The translations under genes were made by a program, and so were the position numbers. This document shows positions 25,997 to 36,364 of a DNA stretch of 64,000 nt, one piece after another. The notes below the pieces were generated by a model that was given only the letters and a program-made list of their open reading frames with translations, did not search any database and was not told the origin of the DNA. The stretch lies in the NCBI GenBank assembly GCA_964567665.1, contig CAZMNN010000005.1, positions 13,752 through 77,751 on the forward strand. The letters run 5' to 3'. The DNA comes from an uncultured Lentisphaeraceae bacterium. GTDB taxonomy: Bacteria; Verrucomicrobiota; Kiritimatiellia; RFP12; UBA1067. The stretch's first letter is position 1. Every line of letters begins with the position of its first letter.

Positions 25997-28900
25997 ACAT
26001 CATCAAGATGATACTGGGCACCAAGAATGCCCGCGAACTCAAGAAACTCCGGCCGATTGTCGCCAAGATAAACCGCATCGAGGAGGAATACCAGAAAAAG
26101 GGGTTTTCCGACGAGGACTTCCCGCGCATGACGGCGGAGTTCAAGAAGCGAGTGGCGGACGGCGAATCGCTTGACGACATCCTGCCGGAGGCGTTTGCGC
26201 TTGTCAAGAACGCCTGCCGGCATCTCGTGGGGACGACTGAAGAGGTGTGCGGCCATGTGCTGAAGTGGGACATGGTTCCGTTCGACTGCCAGCTCATCGG
26301 CGGCATCGTGCTTCATCAGGGCAAGATCGCCGAGATGCAGACAGGTGAAGGCAAGACGCTCGTCGCAACGCTGCCGCTGTACCTGAACGCGCTCTCCGGC
26401 AAGAATGTGCAGCTTGTGACGGTGAACGACTATCTGGCGCTCCGCGACGCATCGTGGATGGGGCATCTCTACAGGTATCTCGGACTGACTGTCGGATGCA
26501 TCCAGAACTCCATGGATTCGGCGCAGCGCCGTGAGCAGTACAGCTGCGACATAACGTACGGAACGAACTCCGAATTCGGCTTCGACTACCTCCGCGACAA
26601 CGGCATGGCCGTGCAGCCGGAGCAGGTCGTGCAGAACGGACACAACTTCGCCATCGTGGACGAAGTGGACTCGATCCTCATCGATGAGGCGCGTACGCCG
26701 CTCATCATCTCAGGGCCGGCAACGGTGTCCACAAGTGCGCAGTACACGGCTCTCAAGCCGCTTGTCGAGTCCATCGTGCGCGTCCAGACCCAGCAGTGCA
26801 ACGAGCTTGTCTCGCAGGCGAAGAAGGCTCTTGCCGACGGCGACACGGAGGAGTGCAAGCGCAGAATATACCAGGTGTACCACTCCATGCCGAAGCACAA
26901 GCAGCTGCTGCACATGTTCGAGGATCCGAACGTGCGCAAGCTCCACGAGGACGTGGAGATGCAGATGCTTTCCGAAATGCGCAAGCAGGAGGGGATTGCC
27001 CTGCGCGAGAAGCTCTACTTCACGATTGACGAGCGCACCCGCGAGGTCGCGCTGACGGATCTCGGATGCGACAAGATGAATCCGCAGGATCCAAGGATGT
27101 TCGTGATTCCAGACCTCGCGGCGGCGATGAGCGAGCTGGACGGCGACAAATCGCTCTCCGAACAGGAGCGCATCGAGCGCAAGCGCGACATCCAGTCGTC
27201 GTTCATGGAGAGGTCTCAGCGCGTGCACGTGGTCGATCAGCTTCTCCGCGCATACTGCCTCTACGAGCGCGACGTGGACTATGTTGTGCAGGATAACCAC
27301 GTCTACATCGTGGACGAGTTCACCGGGCGCATACTTCCGGGCCGTCGCTGGTCCGACGGTCTTCATCAGGCGGTCGAGGCCAAGGAGGGCGTGGAGATCG
27401 AGAAGGAGAGCCAGACGCTCGCCACGATCACGATCCAGAACTACTTCCGCCTGTATGCGAAGCTCGCCGGCATGACCGGCACGGCGGAGACCGAGGCGCG
27501 GGAGTTCAAGGACATATACAAGCTTGGCGTCGTCTCCATACCCACGAACCGGCCTGTGCGCCGCGTTGACGGCAACGACCAGATATACCGCACACAGCGC
27601 GAGAAGTACAAGGCGATCATCGCCGACGTGACCGAACGACACGCGAAGGGGCAGCCCATCCTGCTCGGCACGATGACGGTGGACACCTCGGAGGTGCTTT
27701 CCAGAATGCTCAAGCTGGCGCACATTCCGCACGAGGTGCTGAACGCGAAGAACCACGCCCGCGAGGCGGAGATCGTCTCCATGGCCGGACAGAAGGGCGC
27801 CGTCACCATCGCCACAAACATGGCGGGGCGCGGAACGGACATCAAGCTCGGACCGGGCGTTGTGGAGCTTGGCGGTCTTCACGTGCTTGGCTCCGAGCGG
27901 CACGAGTCGCGCCGCATCGACAGGCAGCTTCGCGGACGCTGCTCGCGTCAGGGCGACCCCGGATCGTCGCAGTTCTTCATCTCGCTCGAAGACCAGCTGA
28001 TGCGCCTGTTCGGTTCGCAGAAGCTTTCCGGCATCATGCTCCGCCTCGGCCTCAAGGAGGGCGAGGTCATGGAGCACCGCTGGCTCAACAAGTCGGTTGA
28101 GACGGCGCAGAGGCGCGTGGAGCAGCAGCATTACGCGGTGCGCAAGCGTACGCTTGAATACGATGACGTGATGAACAAGCAGCGCTCCATCGTGTACGAG
28201 CTGCGCGGAACGATACTGCGCGGAGATCAGGCCGCCGTCCACAACACGATCCTGGACGTGATGAACGACCTGATCCTCACGCAGGCGGAGAAGTATCTCT
28301 TCGACGCCAAGGACGGCGATCTGTCCGCATTCTCGGATTGGCTTGGAGTCACGTTCCCGATTACGGTGACGGACGAGGAGCTGAAGCCGCTCATCGGACA
28401 GCCCCAGGCGGCGGGGGAACTTGTGATGAAGCGCGTAGAGGAGGCATATGAGGCCAAGTGCGCAGTGGAGGATCAGCAGGTTCTCCCGTACATGGAGCGA
28501 GGCGTGTTCCTTGACGCGATAGACCGGCAGTGGCAGGACTATCTCCGTGCGATGGACGACCTGCGCCAGGGCGTAAACCTCCGTGCGTACGGACAGCGCG
28601 ATCCGCTCATCGAGTACAAGCGCGAGGCGTTCCATATGTTCGAGCAGCTGATGAACGCCATCAAGACGGAAGTCGCAGTCGGCGAGTTCCGGGCCGCAAC
28701 GGCGCGGACGGTGCGCAGGATGTTCGCCGCCGCCCGCACGAACGCCGATCAGTTCGACGCTCAGGGCGAAGGGTCTGCCGACGCCTCCGCCGCATCCCAG
28801 AATCCGCCGCGCAAGAGTGCAGAACTTTCCGCGCCTGTCTCCGCAAAGGAGGCGTTTGCGGCGCTCATGGGCGTATCTCCCGACAAGGTGCGCCAGGCGG

Positions 28901-29037
28901 CGCCGCGTGGCGGTACGCAGTCTGGCGGTGCGACGGCACAGGGAGCGGCGACCATGCCGCGTGTCGGCAGGAACGATCCTTGCCCGTGCGGCAGCGGAAG
29001 GAAATACAAGAAGTGCTGCGGACGGAATCTGTTCTGA
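25993..29037 (+). CDS. secA: preprotein translocase ATPase SecA
   Basis: 1014 aa, DEAD-like motor motifs, C-terminal zinc finger [14 protein letters not shown]; ATGA overlap with upstream gene. Confidence 0.9.
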   Translation: MNIIKMILGTKNARELKKLRPIVAKINRIEEEYQKKGFSDEDFPRMTAEFKKRVADGESLDDILPEAFALVKNACRHLVGTTEEVCGHVLKWDMVPFDCQLIGGIVLHQGKIAEMQTGEGKTLVATLPLYLNALSGKNVQLVTVNDYLALRDASWMGHLYRYLGLTVGCIQNSMDSAQRREQYSCDITYGTNSEFGFDYLRDNGMAVQPEQVVQNGHNFAIVDEVDSILIDEARTPLIISGPATVSTSAQYTALKPLVESIVRVQTQQCNELVSQAKKALADGDTEECKRRIYQVYHSMPKHKQLLHMFEDPNVRKLHEDVEMQMLSEMRKQEGIALREKLYFTIDERTREVALTDLGCDKMNPQDPRMFVIPDLAAAMSELDGDKSLSEQERIERKRDIQSSFMERSQRVHVVDQLLRAYCLYERDVDYVVQDNHVYIVDEFTGRILPGRRWSDGLHQAVEAKEGVEIEKESQTLATITIQNYFRLYAKLAGMTGTAETEAREFKDIYKLGVVSIPTNRPVRRVDGNDQIYRTQREKYKAIIADVTERHAKGQPILLGTMTVDTSEVLSRMLKLAHIPHEVLNAKNHAREAEIVSMAGQKGAVTIATNMAGRGTDIKLGPGVVELGGLHVLGSERHESRRIDRQLRGRCSRQGDPGSSQFFISLEDQLMRLFGSQKLSGIMLRLGLKEGEVMEHRWLNKSVETAQRRVEQQHYAVRKRTLEYDDVMNKQRSIVYELRGTILRGDQAAVHNTILDVMNDLILTQAEKYLFDAKDGDLSAFSDWLGVTFPITVTDEELKPLIGQPQAAGELVMKRVEEAYEAKCAVEDQQVLPYMERGVFLDAIDRQWQDYLRAMDDLRQGVNLRAYGQRDPLIEYKREAFHMFEQLMNAIKTEVAVGEFRAATARTVRRMFAAARTNADQFDAQGEGSADASAASQNPPRKSAELSAPVSAKEAFAALMGVSPDKVRQAAPRGGTQSGGATAQGAATMPRVGRNDPCPCGSGRKYKKCCGRNLF

Positions 29038-29081
29038 TTGAGCAGTTCCGCCGCGCCGACGGTCTGCAAGCGTGAAGCGCC

Positions 29082-29762
29082 ATGAACGAGCTGGCGTCGA
29101 TAGTTGTCGTGGAGGACGATGCGGTCATCCGCACCGTCCTTGAGATGGCGTTGGCCGCTGAGGGGTATCGGCAGGTGGTCGGATGCGCTCGCGGCGACGA
29201 AGGGCTTAAGACCATAAGGCTTCGCAAGCCGGATCTGGTGCTTCTTGACGTGATGCTGCCGGGGCTTGACGGCTTTTCGCTCTGCAGGAGCGTCCGCAAG
29301 GAGCCGTCGCTTTCCGGCGTAAGGATAATAATGATCACGGCGCGTACGCAGAACGACGACATCGTGCGCGGCCTCGAATGCGGCGCGGATGACTATGTGA
29401 CCAAGCCGTTTGACCGGAAGGTGCTGATGGCCCGCGTAGGAGCCGTGCTGAGGCGCGGCGCCGTCGTGTCTGCCGGCGCCGACTACGACGGGCTTGTGCT
29501 GAACGATGAAGGCCACACCGCAACGCTGCATGGCGAGGAGCTTAAGCTTCCTCTCGGCGAGTTCCGCATACTGTCGCTGCTTGCATCCCATCGCGGGCGT
29601 GTGCTGTCGCGTTCGCGGATGCTTGATTCAGTGCAGAGTGGAGACAGGCTTGCCACCGAGCGGACGATAGACGTTCAGATAGCGAACATCCGCCGCAAGC
29701 TTGGGCGCTGGGCGGAACACATAGAGACTGTTCGCGGCGTCGGATACAGGATGAAGCCATGA
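29082..29762 (+). CDS. OmpR/PhoB-family response regulator
   Basis: Receiver domain (phospho-acceptor Asp in LVLLDVMLPGLDG) plus winged-helix output domain. Confidence 0.8.
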   Translation: MNELASIVVVEDDAVIRTVLEMALAAEGYRQVVGCARGDEGLKTIRLRKPDLVLLDVMLPGLDGFSLCRSVRKEPSLSGVRIIMITARTQNDDIVRGLECGADDYVTKPFDRKVLMARVGAVLRRGAVVSAGADYDGLVLNDEGHTATLHGEELKLPLGEFRILSLLASHRGRVLSRSRMLDSVQSGDRLATERTIDVQIANIRRKLGRWAEHIETVRGVGYRMKP

Positions 29763-30979
29763 GGTTCGCCAACGCGGATTTCATTCCGTCGCTTTTCGTT
29801 GCGGCGGCGTTGGTGGGGGCGGTCTCGGTGTTCATCTCAGAAACGCGCTCATTCCGGGGTGCCGTCGCAGAATGGGCCAGACGCGACCTGGAGTCCCGCA
29901 CCGAACTGGCGGCGGCGAATCTGCGCGAGCCGCTTGAGACGGGCGATTTCAGGCGCATACACGAATTCGGCGACGTATGCTCTGATGACGGGGTTCGGCT
30001 CACCGTGTTCAGCGCACCGGGCGGCGTTGTGTTCGATTCTGTAAGGGATCCGTCCGCCCATGCGGCGTCGATCTACGCGACGCACCGGTGCGGCGAGTTC
30101 AGCGTACGGCTCGGTCTTCCCGTCGATCGCGTGTTCGCCCCGTACCGCAGGGCCAGATTCGGCTTCATCCTCGCCGCGATTGCCGGCGGCGCGGGCGTGA
30201 TGCTTGTGCTTCTCTTCACCGTAAGGCAGCGCATGAGGATGCGTGCGCTTGCGCAGGAGCGCGACGCCCAGCGCAGGCTCGTTGATGAGATGAAGAAGGT
30301 GGAGGCGTTCCGGAGGGATTTCATAGCCGATGTGTCCCATGAGATAAAGACGCCACTTACGGGGATAATAGGGGCGGTGGATCTGCTTTCGTCCGGAGCC
30401 GCCCCCGACAGTATGCGCGGTCGTCTGCTTGAGATGGTCAAGACGGAATCGGAGAGGCTCAATGCGCTTGCGCAGGGCATCCTTTCCCTTTCCCGTCTCG
30501 AACGGGACGGCGAATCCGGCGGCGTTGACAGAAAGGAGGCGGACGTATCGGGCATCGTGTGCGATGCGGTTGAACGTCTGCGCCCGTTGGCGAACGGCAA
30601 GGGCATTGAGATCAGTGTCAATGCGCCGCCGGACTGCATCGCGGTGTGCGACGGGTCGCTTGTGGAGAGTGCCGTCACAAACCTTGTTGCGAATGCAATT
30701 CGACATTCTGGCTCAAAGGACATCTCCGTCTCTGTGGCAGGTGACGGCGGCATGGTGCGGATTGCCGTTGAGGATCACGGAGTAGGCATACCGTCCGAAG
30801 AGCGCGAAAGGGTGTTCGAGCGGTTCCATCGCGTAGACAGCTCCCGCAGCGCAGATACCGGCGGCGCAGGGCTTGGTCTTGCCATTGTGCGGCGCATAGC
30901 GAAGCTGCACGGCGGGGATGTCGTTCTGGAGCCGTCCGTGCCGACAGGATGCAGGTTCATCCTTTCCGTCATGCGATAG
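29759..30979 (+). CDS. sensor histidine kinase (partner of upstream regulator)
   Basis: H-box DVSHEIKTPLT, G-boxes GGAGLGLAIV; TM N-terminus; ATGA coupling. Confidence 0.8.
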   Translation: MRFANADFIPSLFVAAALVGAVSVFISETRSFRGAVAEWARRDLESRTELAAANLREPLETGDFRRIHEFGDVCSDDGVRLTVFSAPGGVVFDSVRDPSAHAASIYATHRCGEFSVRLGLPVDRVFAPYRRARFGFILAAIAGGAGVMLVLLFTVRQRMRMRALAQERDAQRRLVDEMKKVEAFRRDFIADVSHEIKTPLTGIIGAVDLLSSGAAPDSMRGRLLEMVKTESERLNALAQGILSLSRLERDGESGGVDRKEADVSGIVCDAVERLRPLANGKGIEISVNAPPDCIAVCDGSLVESAVTNLVANAIRHSGSKDISVSVAGDGGMVRIAVEDHGVGIPSEERERVFERFHRVDSSRSADTGGAGLGLAIVRRIAKLHGGDVVLEPSVPTGCRFILSVMR

Positions 30980-31071
30980 GCACATCTTCCGGTGTGGCCA
31001 GCCATGCCGCATTTGTGCGCTTCCGTCCGCCACGCAATTCTTCTTCGTATTTCGCACCGTGAGTGGATTTG

Positions 31072-31080
31072 TGGTATACT
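31072..31080 (+). promoter_or_regulatory. extended -10 box TGGTATACT upstream of TAT-signal oxidoreductase gene
   Basis: About 32 nt before ATG 31112. Confidence 0.4.
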
Positions 31081-31111
31081 TGCGGACATAAAAGAAAGGA
31101 ATTGCTGATCC

Positions 31112-32428
31112 ATGCAAAACAGAAGAGGATTCTTGAGGAACGCTGCGGCGTTTGGCGCATTCGCCATCGTGCCTGCCCGCGTCCTGCGCGGAGCGACAGC
31201 TCCGTCCAACCAGCTCACACGCGCTCTGATCGGCTTCGGTTCGATTGCGCATTCCGCAAACCATCTCCCGTTCAAGGGGTCGCGCCTCATCGGTCTCTGC
31301 GATCCGTACGAGGCTCGCGTACAGGCAGGTCTGAAGGCCGCGCAGGACAACGGCTTCGGAAAGATTAAGGGCTACGGGAACTTCCTTGAGCTGCTTGCAG
31401 ACAAGGATGTCGATATCGTCCACATCTGCACGCCGCCGCACTGGCATGGCTGCATGAGCGTGATGGCGGCGAACGCCGGAAAGGACATCTGGTGCGAAAA
31501 GCCGATGACGCGCACCGTGGGTGAAGGAAAGCGCGTGATGGAGGTCGTAAAGGCCAAGAAGCGCATGTTCCGGCTCAACACGTGGTTCCGCTTCCAGAGC
31601 ACATTCTACGGATTCGGCACGACCGTCAAGCCTATTCGTCAGGTTGTCGAAAACGGACTTCTCGGCGAAGGTCCGATCAAGTGCACGTTCGGCGCGGGAC
31701 AGGGCTTCAGCTGGAAGTTCTTCTGGTCTGGCCGCGTCAACTCCGCGCCGGAGCCGATACCCGCCGGGTTCGATTGGGACATGTGGCTCGGTCCGGCGCC
31801 GTGGAAGCCGTACACCGCGCACCGCGCCGGCACATCCTTCCGCGGCTACTGGGACTACGATTCGGGCGGGCTTGGCGACATGGCTCAGCACTATCTCGAT
31901 CCGCTCCAGTACCTTCTCTGCAAGGACGAGACGAGTCCGGTGAAGGTCGATTACGTTGGCCCGAAGCAGCATCCGGAATCCGTCGGTCGCTTCGACCGCA
32001 TCACGCTCACGTATGCGGACGGCACGGAGGTCGTGCTGGACGGCGACGAATCGCTCAAGGGCGAACCGCTCCTTCGCGGCTCTAACGGACTGTGCGTCTA
32101 CCCGAAGGCGAAGGACGGCAAGACACTCCGCCTTGTTGACGCCAGCGGCAAGGAGCTGAACGCGGAGAAGATCCTCTCCGACCTGCCCGAGCCGGCGCCT
32201 CAGCAGACCGACTTCATCGACAGCTGCACGAACCGCAAGACGTTTGCGCTCAACGAGTCGAACGGCTTCCGCTCCTGCACGATGTTCAACCTCGGAATCG
32301 CGGCTGAGCGCCTTGGACGCGGATTCAGGTTCGACCCCGAAACGCTCCACGCCGTGGACGATCCGGCGGCAGACCGTTTCCTCTACCAGTCCATGCGCGA
32401 ACCGTGGCGCAAGGAGATGTGGGGCTGA
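31112..32428 (+). CDS. Gfo/Idh/MocA-family oxidoreductase with twin-arginine (TAT) signal
   Basis: MQNRRGFLRNAAAFGAFA TAT motif; Rossmann N-terminus and DIVHICTPPHWH region typical of the family. Confidence 0.7.
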   Translation: MQNRRGFLRNAAAFGAFAIVPARVLRGATAPSNQLTRALIGFGSIAHSANHLPFKGSRLIGLCDPYEARVQAGLKAAQDNGFGKIKGYGNFLELLADKDVDIVHICTPPHWHGCMSVMAANAGKDIWCEKPMTRTVGEGKRVMEVVKAKKRMFRLNTWFRFQSTFYGFGTTVKPIRQVVENGLLGEGPIKCTFGAGQGFSWKFFWSGRVNSAPEPIPAGFDWDMWLGPAPWKPYTAHRAGTSFRGYWDYDSGGLGDMAQHYLDPLQYLLCKDETSPVKVDYVGPKQHPESVGRFDRITLTYADGTEVVLDGDESLKGEPLLRGSNGLCVYPKAKDGKTLRLVDASGKELNAEKILSDLPEPAPQQTDFIDSCTNRKTFALNESNGFRSCTMFNLGIAAERLGRGFRFDPETLHAVDDPAADRFLYQSMREPWRKEMWG

Positions 32429-32459
32429 TTCCAGATACATGACTACCGGAGAAGCAGAA

Positions 32460-33980
32460 ATGAAGAAACTTTTTTGTGCGATGATGATTGCCGGCGCGAT
32501 GGCCGCCGGTGCGGCGGATCCCAACAAGTACGCCGACTACGGAGCGGGCATGGCGCCGGACAAGACCTACCCGATGGCGGTGGAATGGCACGCCGCCAAC
32601 CGCGCCGCGATCGAGACGGAGACCTCGGACGACAAGCTTGCCGGGTTCGTGGCGGATTCGGCAAGCGCGAAGGCTCTGCTCGCCAAGGTCAAGCCGGCGT
32701 ACGACACCGACCCGATGGTGGCTGCGCAGGTCGCCGCAGCGAGCCAGTACGTGATGCGCACCGAACCGTCGTGGTGGGAGTTCTGGGCATGGTTCTCGGA
32801 CTCCGATCGTGACGTCTGGACTGCTGCGCTGCTCGAAGCGGCGGCTGACGCGAAGGACGCATACTGCAAGATGCTGTTCCTCGACCAGCTGCGCTGGTGC
32901 GGGCGGCAGGATCAGGCGGCGAACGTCCTTGAGATCGGAAAGGCGTCAAACGACAGGGGCGTGATGCAGTTCGCCGACATGGTGGCGGCGGAACTCGATC
33001 CTGAAGCCGGATGCGCGAAGGCCTGCTGCAAGGTCAATTGCCCGTACGGCAGCTGGGCGCTGACGCTTCCGTTCGATGCGATGAACGCCGGACACCTCAT
33101 CCTGTCGAAGGGCGCGGACGGCAAGCCCACGGCCACGCTGCTGTGGCGCTGGGGAAGTCCGTTCACCGTCGCCGGTGATGACCTCAAGGTCTGCAAGGAC
33201 GGCTTCACCCTCACGTTCGGCAACCACAAGCCGAAGGATCTGCCGCAGGACAAGAGCGCATGGCGCAGCGACCGCGTGATCGCGAAGATCTGCGGGGACT
33301 GGGCGGCCTGCACCCTCCAGAAGGTGGACGGCAACGGCAAGGTCGTCGGCGCGGTGCAGACGTTCTCCGCAAAGCGCAATCCGCCGATCGGTCCGAAGCC
33401 GGACCTCGCGAAGGCCGTGCGCGGCACTCCGGTGAACATCCTGGGCGGGACGATCGACGACTTTGAGTTAATGGAGAAGTCACTGACGAACGGCTGGACG
33501 CTGAAGGACGGAGTGCTCTCCAACCGCATTATGCGCGACACCAACGGCAAGTCGCTCCACAAGAACGGAAACCTCCGCACGAAGCGCACCGATTTCTTTG
33601 ACTTCAACCTCAAGTACGAAGTGCGCGTCCTTCCGGGCTGCAACTCCGGCGTGTATCTGCGCGGCATCTACGAGATTCAGGTGCTCGACAGCTACGGCAA
33701 GCCGGTCGACTGCCACAACATGGCGGCGTACTACGGCCGCGTTACGCCCCGCGTTGCGGCAGAGAAGAAGGCCGGCGAATGGCAGACGGTTGACGTCACG
33801 CTCTACAAGCGGCATCTCACGGTTGTCCTGAACGGCGTGAACATCATCGACAACGTGCCGGTCGTCGGAATCACCGGCGGCGCAATGACGGCGAACGAAT
33901 TCACGCCGGGACCGCTCTACATCCAGGGCGACCACTCTGACGCCGACTTCCGCAACATGGTGCTCACACCGTTGAAGTGA
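32460..33980 (+). CDS. secreted protein with C-terminal DUF1080 domain
   Basis: ATG 32460 with signal peptide MKKLFCAMMIAGAMAAGAA; C-terminal roughly 170 aa match the DUF1080 pattern (YLRGIYEIQVLDS...ADFRNMVLTP); the ORF track start 32244 overlaps the upstream gene. Confidence 0.6.
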   Translation: MKKLFCAMMIAGAMAAGAADPNKYADYGAGMAPDKTYPMAVEWHAANRAAIETETSDDKLAGFVADSASAKALLAKVKPAYDTDPMVAAQVAAASQYVMRTEPSWWEFWAWFSDSDRDVWTAALLEAAADAKDAYCKMLFLDQLRWCGRQDQAANVLEIGKASNDRGVMQFADMVAAELDPEAGCAKACCKVNCPYGSWALTLPFDAMNAGHLILSKGADGKPTATLLWRWGSPFTVAGDDLKVCKDGFTLTFGNHKPKDLPQDKSAWRSDRVIAKICGDWAACTLQKVDGNGKVVGAVQTFSAKRNPPIGPKPDLAKAVRGTPVNILGGTIDDFELMEKSLTNGWTLKDGVLSNRIMRDTNGKSLHKNGNLRTKRTDFFDFNLKYEVRVLPGCNSGVYLRGIYEIQVLDSYGKPVDCHNMAAYYGRVTPRVAAEKKAGEWQTVDVTLYKRHLTVVLNGVNIIDNVPVVGITGGAMTANEFTPGPLYIQGDHSDADFRNMVLTPLK

Positions 33981-33993
33981 CTGCACTGAAATG

Positions 33994-34027
33994 GCCGGTT
34001 TGCCGTCTTGCCGGACGGTGAACCGGC
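33994..34027 (+). terminator. nested hairpin GCCGGTT...CCGTC-N6-GACGG...AACCGGC after the DUF1080 gene
   Basis: 14 nt after the stop at 33980; followed by TTGTG; weak U-tract. Confidence 0.35.
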
Positions 34028-34095
34028 TTGTGCGAAATAGAAAGACAACTGCGCGGGGACGAACCGGACGCGGTCAGCAGAAAAGGGGGAGAGAA

Positions 34096-34172
34096 TGGTC
34101 GGAGCGACGAGATTTGAACTCGTGACCTTTTGCACCCCAAGCAAACGCGCTACCAGACTGCGCTACGCCCCG
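34096..34172 (-). tRNA. tRNA-Pro (anticodon GGG)
   Basis: Reverse complement folds as CGGGGCG-TA-GCGC-AGTCTGGTA-GCGC-G-TTTGC-TTGGGGT-GCAAA-AGGTC-ACGAG-TTCAAAT-CTCGT-CGCTCCG-A-CCA (77 nt, encoded CCA). Confidence 0.85.
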
Positions 34173-34193
34173 ACGAGGTGAAAAACGGCGCAA

Positions 34194-34202
34194 ATTATAT
34201 CA
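34194..34202 (-). promoter_or_regulatory. tRNA promoter, extended -10 TGATATAAT followed by GC-rich discriminator CGCCG
   Basis: Minus-strand reading TGATATAATTTGCGCCGTTTTTCACCTCGTCG then the tRNA 5-prime end. Confidence 0.5.
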
Positions 34203-34266
34203 AAACGGATTTGACTGTGCAAGTGGACGGAAACGACCTTGCCAAACACCACAGGAGAGACAAACG

Positions 34267-35502
34267 ATGAGCTATCAGGAAGCGAAAAAGAAATACGCCG
34301 TGCTCGGCGTAGACACCGAAGCGGCGATAAAGTCGCTGCAGAAGGTTTCCATATCGATGCACTGCTGGCAGGGTGATGACGTCGGCGGGTTCGAGAACGA
34401 TCTCGGCGCGACTGGCGGCATCCAGGCCACGGGCAACTATCCGGGTAAGGCGCGTACGCCGGAGGAGCTTATGGCGGATATCGACAAGGCCCTGTCCCTG
34501 ATTCCCGGCAAGCACCGCATCAACCTTCACGCCTGCTATGCGATCTTCGAGGACGGCAAGAAGGTGGACCGCAACAAGCTTGAGCCGAAGCATTTCAGGA
34601 AGTGGGTGGAATTTGCGAAGAAGCGCGGTCTCGGCCTTGACTTCAATCCGACGTTCTTCTCGCATCCGCTGGCCGACGGGCTTACGCTTGCAAGCGAAGA
34701 TCCCAAGGTTCGCAAGTTCTGGATCGAGCACGGCATCGCGAGCCTCAAGATCGCCGAGTATTTCGGCAAGGAGCTTGGTACGCCCTGCACGGTGAACTTC
34801 TGGGTGCCGGATGGCTTCAAGGATGAACCGTCCGACCGCTTCGGGCCGCGCAAGCGCCTCAAGGAATCGTACGACAAGATCTTCAAGTACAGGTACAACA
34901 GGAAGCTCTGCGTACCTACCATAGAGTCGAAGCTCTTCGGCATCGGGGTTGAGAGTTGCACACCCGGCTCCCACGAGTTCTACATGTGCTACGCCATGAA
35001 GAACAACATCCTCTGTCTGCTTGACACCGGCCATTTCCACATCTCCGAGAACGTCGCGGACAAGATAAGTTCGCTTCTGCTCTTCTCGGGCAAGGTGGCA
35101 TTCCACGTATCGCGTCCCGTCCGCTGGGACTCCGACCACGTAATCCGTCTTGACGACTCCGTCATTGCCTGTGCGCATGAGATTGTGCGGAACGGTGTGG
35201 AGAACTTCATCATCGCCCTCGACTACTTCGATGCGTCCATCAACCGCATTGCGGCCTGGGTGCTTGGAATGCGCAACATGCAGAAGGCTCTTCTTCAGGC
35301 GATGCTTGAGCCAAGCGAGACGCTCAAGGCGCTGCAGGATGCCCGCCAGTTCACGGAGCAGCTTGTCCTTCAGGAGGAGCTTAAGGCCTATCCGTGGCAG
35401 GAGGTCTGGAAGGAGTTCTGCTCAAGGGCGAAGCTTCCGGCCGATGAATGCTGGATGGCGGAGGTGCTGAAGTACGAACGCGATGTGCTTTCCAGGCGCT
35501 GA
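34267..35502 (+). CDS. rhaA: L-rhamnose isomerase
   Basis: Near-collinear match to E. coli RhaA (VSMHCWQGDDV.GFEN, TGGIQATGNYPGKAR, LGLDFNP.FFSHP, ESKLFGIGVES, VSRPVRWDSDHV, DFFDASINRIAAWV). Confidence 0.9.
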   Translation: MSYQEAKKKYAVLGVDTEAAIKSLQKVSISMHCWQGDDVGGFENDLGATGGIQATGNYPGKARTPEELMADIDKALSLIPGKHRINLHACYAIFEDGKKVDRNKLEPKHFRKWVEFAKKRGLGLDFNPTFFSHPLADGLTLASEDPKVRKFWIEHGIASLKIAEYFGKELGTPCTVNFWVPDGFKDEPSDRFGPRKRLKESYDKIFKYRYNRKLCVPTIESKLFGIGVESCTPGSHEFYMCYAMKNNILCLLDTGHFHISENVADKISSLLLFSGKVAFHVSRPVRWDSDHVIRLDDSVIACAHEIVRNGVENFIIALDYFDASINRIAAWVLGMRNMQKALLQAMLEPSETLKALQDARQFTEQLVLQEELKAYPWQEVWKEFCSRAKLPADECWMAEVLKYERDVLSRR

Positions 35503-35605
35503 GCGGAAAAGATTCGCGGCTGAGGACGCGCCAAAAAAGGGATTGCGTTTTCAGACGCGAAATGAGATAATCCAAAACCAATCGAACCAATTAGGAGACA
35601 CAGAA

Positions 35606-36352
35606 ATGAAGACTTCAAAAAAAGGATTTACGCTCGTCGAGCTGCTCGTTGTGATCGGCATTCTCGGCATTCTCATGGGTGCGCTGTTTCCGGCGATCTC
35701 GTCCGCGATGATCAAGGCGAACCTTTCGGCCTGCGGTATGCGCGGGCGCAACCTGTTCGTGGCCATCACGTCCGCCAACACCGAGCGTGAAGCTCTTGGT
35801 CTCGGCAATGTGTGGCCGAAGACGCAGGCGGAGGAGGGTGCGGATACTAACACCGATCCGCTTTCCGGCGCGGTCAGCTCCGGCGCGGACTACTTCACCT
35901 ATCTGTTCGACATGGCGAAGATCTCGGATTCCACTGCGTGGAAGCCGTATGTGACTGGCGTGGATCTTTCGGTGCTTAACGGCGCCGGCGTCCCGGCCAT
36001 TCCGAACGGAGCCACGAAGATCGACGGCAAGAACCTGCTCTGGTGCGTTGCCGCGAACGTGACGGACGAGATTTCCGACGTCTACCCCGTCCTCTTCTCG
36101 CGCAACATCCCCGTCAGCGCGATGAAGACGTACGAGAAGACCTATGACGGCGGCTCCACCGAAATCAAGATCGGCAAGAGCAACGGCGCCAAGTACGACA
36201 CCCCGTTCTCCAACAAGGCGTTCGTGCTGATCCGCAAGGGTGGCGCGGTGATTACGCAGACGGCCAAGTACGCACTCTCGTCCGTGATGTTCAACAAGCA
36301 GCCGTACACCATCGACGCCGATCCTGCACCGCAGTTCCTCGATGTCGAATAA
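35606..36352 (+). CDS. prepilin-type N-terminal cleavage/methylation domain protein (type II secretion / type IV pilin-like)
   Basis: MKTSKKGFTLVELLVVIGILGILMGALFPAI class-III signal and N-methylation motif. Confidence 0.7.
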   Translation: MKTSKKGFTLVELLVVIGILGILMGALFPAISSAMIKANLSACGMRGRNLFVAITSANTEREALGLGNVWPKTQAEEGADTNTDPLSGAVSSGADYFTYLFDMAKISDSTAWKPYVTGVDLSVLNGAGVPAIPNGATKIDGKNLLWCVAANVTDEISDVYPVLFSRNIPVSAMKTYEKTYDGGSTEIKIGKSNGAKYDTPFSNKAFVLIRKGGAVITQTAKYALSSVMFNKQPYTIDADPAPQFLDVE

Positions 36353-36364
36353 CAGCACGTTGGC

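Noticed and set aside
26710-28635. 641-aa minus-strand ORF and the similar long antisense ORFs at 24024-25298, 30713-32527, 35615-37126, 44306-45730, 54470-55477, 57279-58304, 59437-61719 and 19933-21318
   Set aside because: Each is antisense to a confidently recognised gene (secA, parB, Gfo/Idh/MocA, priA, gspE, oxidoreductase, yidC, ileS, mutS). High GC suppresses stop codons in non-coding frames.
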